The notes below the pieces were generated by a model. The model was not told the DNA's origin and did no database searches. It saw only the letters and a program-made list of their open reading frames with translations. A stretch of 40,338 nucleotides of DNA, from contig JAGRBF010000357.1 of NCBI GenBank assembly GCA_020434205.1, positions 1 through 40,338 of the forward strand, given 5' to 3'. Made by a program: the position numbers and the translations under genes. The stretch is from Calditrichota bacterium. Its GTDB lineage: Bacteria; Calditrichota; Calditrichia; RBG-13-44-9; J075. Shown here one piece after another: positions 36,481-40,338 of this stretch; position 1 is the first letter of the stretch; each line of letters opens with the position of its first letter.

Positions 36481-36516
36481 GTTACCGGAGAAGGTTTTCC
36501 CGCCTTCTCCGGTAAC
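36481..36516. other. Perfect 14-bp-stem intercistronic hairpin (GTTACCGGAGAAGG - 8-nt loop - CCTTCTCCGGTAAC)
   Basis: Read directly. It lies between the GH36-like stop (36527) and the next gene's Shine-Dalgarno/ATG (36462). On the minus strand no U-tract follows it. Confidence 0.8.
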
Positions 36517-36526
36517 AGGATTCCCT

Positions 36527-38575
36527 TTAAGGCCTGGGCAGCACTTCCAGCAGCAAAGACCCGTCAAAACTGGCCGCCAGCGCGGCGGTGGGTCCCTCAA
36601 CGGTCCCGTAATCCCGGTCGTTCACATAATCCCGAACGGTGTACTGCCCCGGTTGGAGTCCGCGCAGTTCCACCTGTCCCTCAAAACCATCCCCATAAAA
36701 AGCGTAGTACATGCCCCCGTTTTTGGCGATGGCATGCCCTTCGGGGCGGTCAAAACCGATGTCGTACAAGTCGCCGCGGTATTGGCCTTTGGGCAGCATT
36801 TTTTCGGTGTAAATATCCAGCCAGTGCTGCCATACTTTTTCCCGTTCCGGGGTCAGATCCAGCTTGGAATCCGCCTTGGCGCCCACCGGCCAGGTGAATT
36901 TGGTGCCGATCACCCCGCCAATGCCCACCGAGGACGCGAAGTCGTTGTGATGATCGCTCAGCTCCACGTGGTCGCCGTAATAAGGGGCTGTAGGCCCCAT
37001 CAGGGCTTTGAGGGTCTTACCCTTCAGGCGCACCTGGAAGGAGCTGGTGGGGTCGGAGGCCACCGGTTGGTTCATATACGGCACCTGATGAAAGCCGTAG
37101 GTAGCCCCGCAGGGGCATATTTCCACCACTGCGTCCGGAACGATGCTCAGCGCGGTCTGGTAGATCACCTTAAACAGCTCCGGGGTCTTCTCGAAGGACT
37201 CTTCGGGATAGGCGTGATTATGCGCTTCGTTGTAACAGGGCGGAGCCCCGTTGAGGTGCTGCCCGTCGATTTTGAGGCCGTCGTAACCCCAGGTCGTCAT
37301 AAATTTTTTAACCAGATCCCGGGTGTATCCCTGCACCGGGGCATAAGCCGGACACAGGTAGTAAGCATCCCACCACTCGATCTTCTGATAATTGCCGTCC
37401 TTGTTGATCAGCAGGTAATCGGGATGATTTTTGATGAGGTCCGTTCCCGGGTCCACCGCCATGGGCGCCCACCACAATTTGGGCCGTAGGCCCCTGGCGC
37501 GAATATCGTCGGTGAATTGTTTCATGCTCTTGTCCCCGCGCGGAAACTTGTCCTTCAACAAATACCAGTCCCCTTCCGCATTGTGATACCCATCGTCCAG
37601 GACCGCCCACTTGTACCCCATCCCGCTGACCTTGGGCAGGGTATTGACCACCTGACGGGTGGTAAAATCGCGCTCGTAACCCCAGGCGCACCAGATTGGC
37701 TCATAGGTGCTTTCCGGATAGTCCGCCAGCTTGATGCCGCGCGCCACCATCATTTCCCGATAAGTGGACAGGGTGGCGAAATGATCTCCCTGATGCACCG
37801 CAACAAAGGTATCGTAGGTTTGAAATTCCTGTCCGGGCGCCAGGGTGCGCTCACCCTCCCAACTAACCCCCAGGGAGGCTTTTCCATCGGATACCGATAC
37901 CGGCAGGGACAATATGCGCGGCACCAGTTCCAGATGCCCGACCGCCACTCCCACATCGCGACGCCAAATGTCCACCACCGGGGTTCCGCTCCCGTAGTCG
38001 GTGTAGTTCATCCCCATAAAATTGCGCTGCTGGAAGCCCTCTTTAAGGGGCATTACCCAATCCGGGCGGGTGGTGTAAGATGCCCCCTGATAGGCCCAGA
38101 AAGCCGGCTCTCCCGCGCCCGCCTGCCCCTCAATCCGGTATTGGTTGTTTGCCCAGCCGGTAACCTTGAGCGGCGCCTCGCCGAGGTTGCGGTAGCTTAC
38201 CCGGTAAACCGCCATCCCCGGAAAACGCTGATAAAGGCGCACCTGAACAGTTTTGCGCAGTCCCCCGGCTTCGCCGCTCAGGCGAATTTCCGTCCCGGTC
38301 CCCACCGCATCCTGAAAGGTGCTCTGGGAGGATTGGCTGAGGGGGAAATCGACGATGCTCCGCCCGTCGATTTCAATAACCTCGGAAACCTGGGGCGCTC
38401 CCAGAGCAACGGTTTTGCCGTCAAAACCCACCGCTATGCGGCTGCGCAGGTTCTCGTCAAAGGTGATCTGAATAGCCCCGTCCCCAATGGTTTTTCCGCC
38501 CGAAGACCCGCAGGCCGACAACCATATCACCGCTATACCAAGCAGCAAGACTGTCAGGATGTTTTTTTTCAACAT
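36527..38575 (-). CDS. Clan GH-D (GH36/GH27-like) alpha-galactosidase-like lipoprotein
   Basis: Lipobox LLLGIAVIWLSAC. Catalytic-region blocks YKWAVLDDGYHNAEGDWYLLKDKFPRG, GLRPKLWWAPM, NHPDYLL and GYDGLKIDGQ parallel the GH36 LDDGW...GDW...KFP, the GL.FGLW and KWD motifs. GGAGG Shine-Dalgarno. Confidence 0.65.
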   Translation of the reverse strand: MLKKNILTVLLLGIAVIWLSACGSSGGKTIGDGAIQITFDENLRSRIAVGFDGKTVALGAPQVSEVIEIDGRSIVDFPLSQSSQSTFQDAVGTGTEIRLSGEAGGLRKTVQVRLYQRFPGMAVYRVSYRNLGEAPLKVTGWANNQYRIEGQAGAGEPAFWAYQGASYTTRPDWVMPLKEGFQQRNFMGMNYTDYGSGTPVVDIWRRDVGVAVGHLELVPRILSLPVSVSDGKASLGVSWEGERTLAPGQEFQTYDTFVAVHQGDHFATLSTYREMMVARGIKLADYPESTYEPIWCAWGYERDFTTRQVVNTLPKVSGMGYKWAVLDDGYHNAEGDWYLLKDKFPRGDKSMKQFTDDIRARGLRPKLWWAPMAVDPGTDLIKNHPDYLLINKDGNYQKIEWWDAYYLCPAYAPVQGYTRDLVKKFMTTWGYDGLKIDGQHLNGAPPCYNEAHNHAYPEESFEKTPELFKVIYQTALSIVPDAVVEICPCGATYGFHQVPYMNQPVASDPTSSFQVRLKGKTLKALMGPTAPYYGDHVELSDHHNDFASSVGIGGVIGTKFTWPVGAKADSKLDLTPEREKVWQHWLDIYTEKMLPKGQYRGDLYDIGFDRPEGHAIAKNGGMYYAFYGDGFEGQVELRGLQPGQYTVRDYVNDRDYGTVEGPTAALAASFDGSLLLEVLPRP

Positions 38576-38660
38576 AATGCCTCCTCAAAAATTTTGTTGG
38601 GCCGTAATGAACCGTTGTTGCCGCACAACCGCCTCCCAAGCCGGTTTCTTCCCCCCGGGA

Positions 38661-39770
38661 TCAGGAGCCGCTGAAAGCCCCCGGAAAAATGCGGCGGGCG
38701 TTCCCGGCGTAAAGTTTGTCTACCACGCTTTTGGGCAGCTTCAATCCCTGAAAAGGACCGTTTACTTCCGGCACTTCCATTTGATCATCGCTGACCAGAT
38801 AGCGCCAATCCGCCTGCCATTTGGCCAAAGCAGCCCCGGCAAAAGCTTCCGGGTCTTCCTCTGCGCCATGGGTCAGATCGGTGGCGTAAAGGATACGGTC
38901 CTGATATTGAATCAGGAAGTTGCGCACCGCCTCGCGATCGTGCGCGGATTGATACTGCACCTGTCCCATACGGGCAGCCATATCCACCACCGCATTGGGA
39001 AAGCGATCCAAAAATTTGGCCAGCTCCGCCACGCTCCATTCCAGGCTGGCCAGGTGCGCTCCCATAAACGGCAGCCCTTCGTTTTTGGCCAGCATGCGAT
39101 CCCGGGCCGCCATGTGTTCCTCGTAGGAAGGTTCCTCGGGATGTTGGTACATGTGGTATTGGGGATGATTTTTGAAATACTCGCGATCGTTGTTCACCGT
39201 CATCTCTTCCGCCGGCAGCCAGCAGTTTTTGGGCTCTCCCTGATGCCCCACCAGCACCTTACCCCGGCTTTTGATGAAGGCAAACAGCGGATCAAAACCC
39301 GGGTCGTCAATCATGACGTTTTCCCCGTTGGCGTCCCGAAAGGCCATCCCGATATTTTTCCAGACCTTAACTCCCAGCGCCCCGTCGGCGAAGGTTTGGT
39401 CGAGGTGGCGCTCCGTTTCCCCCAACCACTCCGGCTCTCCCCAGCCGTTCATGGAAAAGGTGCTCACGAAAGCCACCCGTTCCGGAGCGGCCGCCAGCAG
39501 GCCCCTGGCCACCGCCAGCTGCTCCGCGATCGGGGGAAAATCCGGATAGTCCACATTGATGGTCAGCAGGCGGAAGTTATTCTCCGCAGCCAGCTTCACG
39601 AAGGCCTCCCCGCCGGTATTCATGTGAACATGGGCGTCAATTTTGGGAACCGCCCGGAAATCCGCGAGCTGGTAATATTCCACCGCTTCGCTCTTATCTT
39701 TCGCGCATCCGGCCAAGGTTGCCCAGAGAAACAGGGCGGTGGCCATCCGGCTAAATATTCTCTTATGCAT
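38661..39770 (-). CDS. Amidohydrolase-superfamily (Amidohydro_2-like) metal-dependent hydrolase lipoprotein
   Basis: Lipobox LWATLAGC, HxH metal motif KIDAHVHM and a C-terminal conserved Asp context ILYATDL. Confidence 0.65.
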   Translation of the reverse strand: MHKRIFSRMATALFLWATLAGCAKDKSEAVEYYQLADFRAVPKIDAHVHMNTGGEAFVKLAAENNFRLLTINVDYPDFPPIAEQLAVARGLLAAAPERVAFVSTFSMNGWGEPEWLGETERHLDQTFADGALGVKVWKNIGMAFRDANGENVMIDDPGFDPLFAFIKSRGKVLVGHQGEPKNCWLPAEEMTVNNDREYFKNHPQYHMYQHPEEPSYEEHMAARDRMLAKNEGLPFMGAHLASLEWSVAELAKFLDRFPNAVVDMAARMGQVQYQSAHDREAVRNFLIQYQDRILYATDLTHGAEEDPEAFAGAALAKWQADWRYLVSDDQMEVPEVNGPFQGLKLPKSVVDKLYAGNARRIFPGAFSGS

Positions 39771-39804
39771 GAGGTTATCCTTTTTGGTGATTTGCCCGGT
39801 TGGT

Positions 39805-40338
39805 TTACAGGCCCATCAGCTTGAGGGCATTGTCGCGGTAAATTTTACGGAGCACCGCTTCTTCGAGGGCCAGACCGTGCAGGGCCCAATGGTACCCGAA
39901 TTGTGCGGTTTCGTAGAAATGTTCGTCGGCACTCTCCAGAATGCGAAAGGTGATCTCGTACATCCGCGCGTCGGTTCCCATATCGGTCCCATAAACCAGG
40001 CGATCCGCATATTGCTGAAAAAAACGCGCGGTTCGGCGCGGCACCGGGGCCACTTCCGCGTAGCGGGCCCCGATGTCCGCATATAGATTGGGGTAGGTGT
40101 CCATCATGCCGCCCAGAATGCTGAGGTCGTAGCCGCAGTTGGCAAAATGGCAGGCAATGAAGGTGGTTTGAGGATGCCTCTTCAGGGCTTTGGCCAGGGT
40201 CTGAACCGTCGCGGCGTGGCCCAGGTTCTCCGGGTCGTTATCCAGCCGCCAGTCGAAGGCGTTCATTAGCCCGTCATTGGTGGAGTCCATGGGCAAATAC
40301 ATCCAGATCGGCTCCGCCACGTGAATGCTGACCGGCAT
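39805..40338 (-). CDS. Amidohydrolase-superfamily (Amidohydro_2-like) hydrolase, 5' end outside the window (partial)
   Basis: The ORF runs to the window edge. IACHFANCG, YADIGARY, LVYGTDMG and KIYRDNALKL are typical C-terminal amidohydrolase_2 blocks, making it a paralogue-like neighbour of 38661-39770. Confidence 0.6.
   Translation of the reverse strand: MPVSIHVAEPIWMYLPMDSTNDGLMNAFDWRLDNDPENLGHAATVQTLAKALKRHPQTTFIACHFANCGYDLSILGGMMDTYPNLYADIGARYAEVAPVPRRTARFFQQYADRLVYGTDMGTDARMYEITFRILESADEHFYETAQFGYHWALHGLALEEAVLRKIYRDNALKLMGL

Noticed and set aside
36463-36600. 46-aa N-terminal extension of the 34924 ORF, which would overlap the GH36-like gene and the 14-bp hairpin
   Set aside because: The Tat signal MKRRTFLK with an AGGAG Shine-Dalgarno begins at 36462. 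The extension is Pro/Cys/Trp-rich and spans a strong hairpin.

Overview
GC-rich bacterial window dominated by carbohydrate-utilisation genes. Three proteins carry type IX secretion (T9SS) C-terminal sorting domains, which points to an FCB-superphylum-like organism. All family calls come from motifs read by eye, with no searches run.

Layout:
- 21-910: an AT-rich IS982-family insertion sequence.
- 908-4915: an FGE/SUMF1-like lipoprotein, a GPH-family sugar:cation symporter and a YghZ-like aldo-keto reductase.
- 24898 down to 5035: about 20 kb of co-directional minus-strand genes. In order they are a TonB-dependent receptor, a T9SS beta-helix/CBM protein, a T9SS FG-GAP/ASPIC protein, a Tat-exported GH5, a GH9, a GH5-like enzyme, a GH5 fused to an AGE/cellobiose-2-epimerase-like domain, a GH130 phosphorylase, a GH1 beta-glucosidase and an SSS transporter. 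The run ends at a rho-independent terminator. A divergent LacI regulator sits upstream with TTCGAA-N6-TTCGAA palindromes, followed by a GH5 mannanase-like T9SS enzyme. This reads as a beta-mannan/glucomannan locus.
- 40338 down to 28945: a second minus-strand cluster whose complete products all carry export signals. It holds two amidohydrolases, a GH36-like enzyme, three uncharacterised or GH-like proteins, a Tat Gfo/Idh/MocA oxidoreductase and a TPR protein.

The least explained structure is a composite non-coding element present twice (3569-3922 and 13412-13663). It combines 8-bp and 7-bp tandem arrays with conserved anchor blocks and an AACC-periodic leader. No RNA genes, CRISPR arrays or recognisable defence systems were seen.
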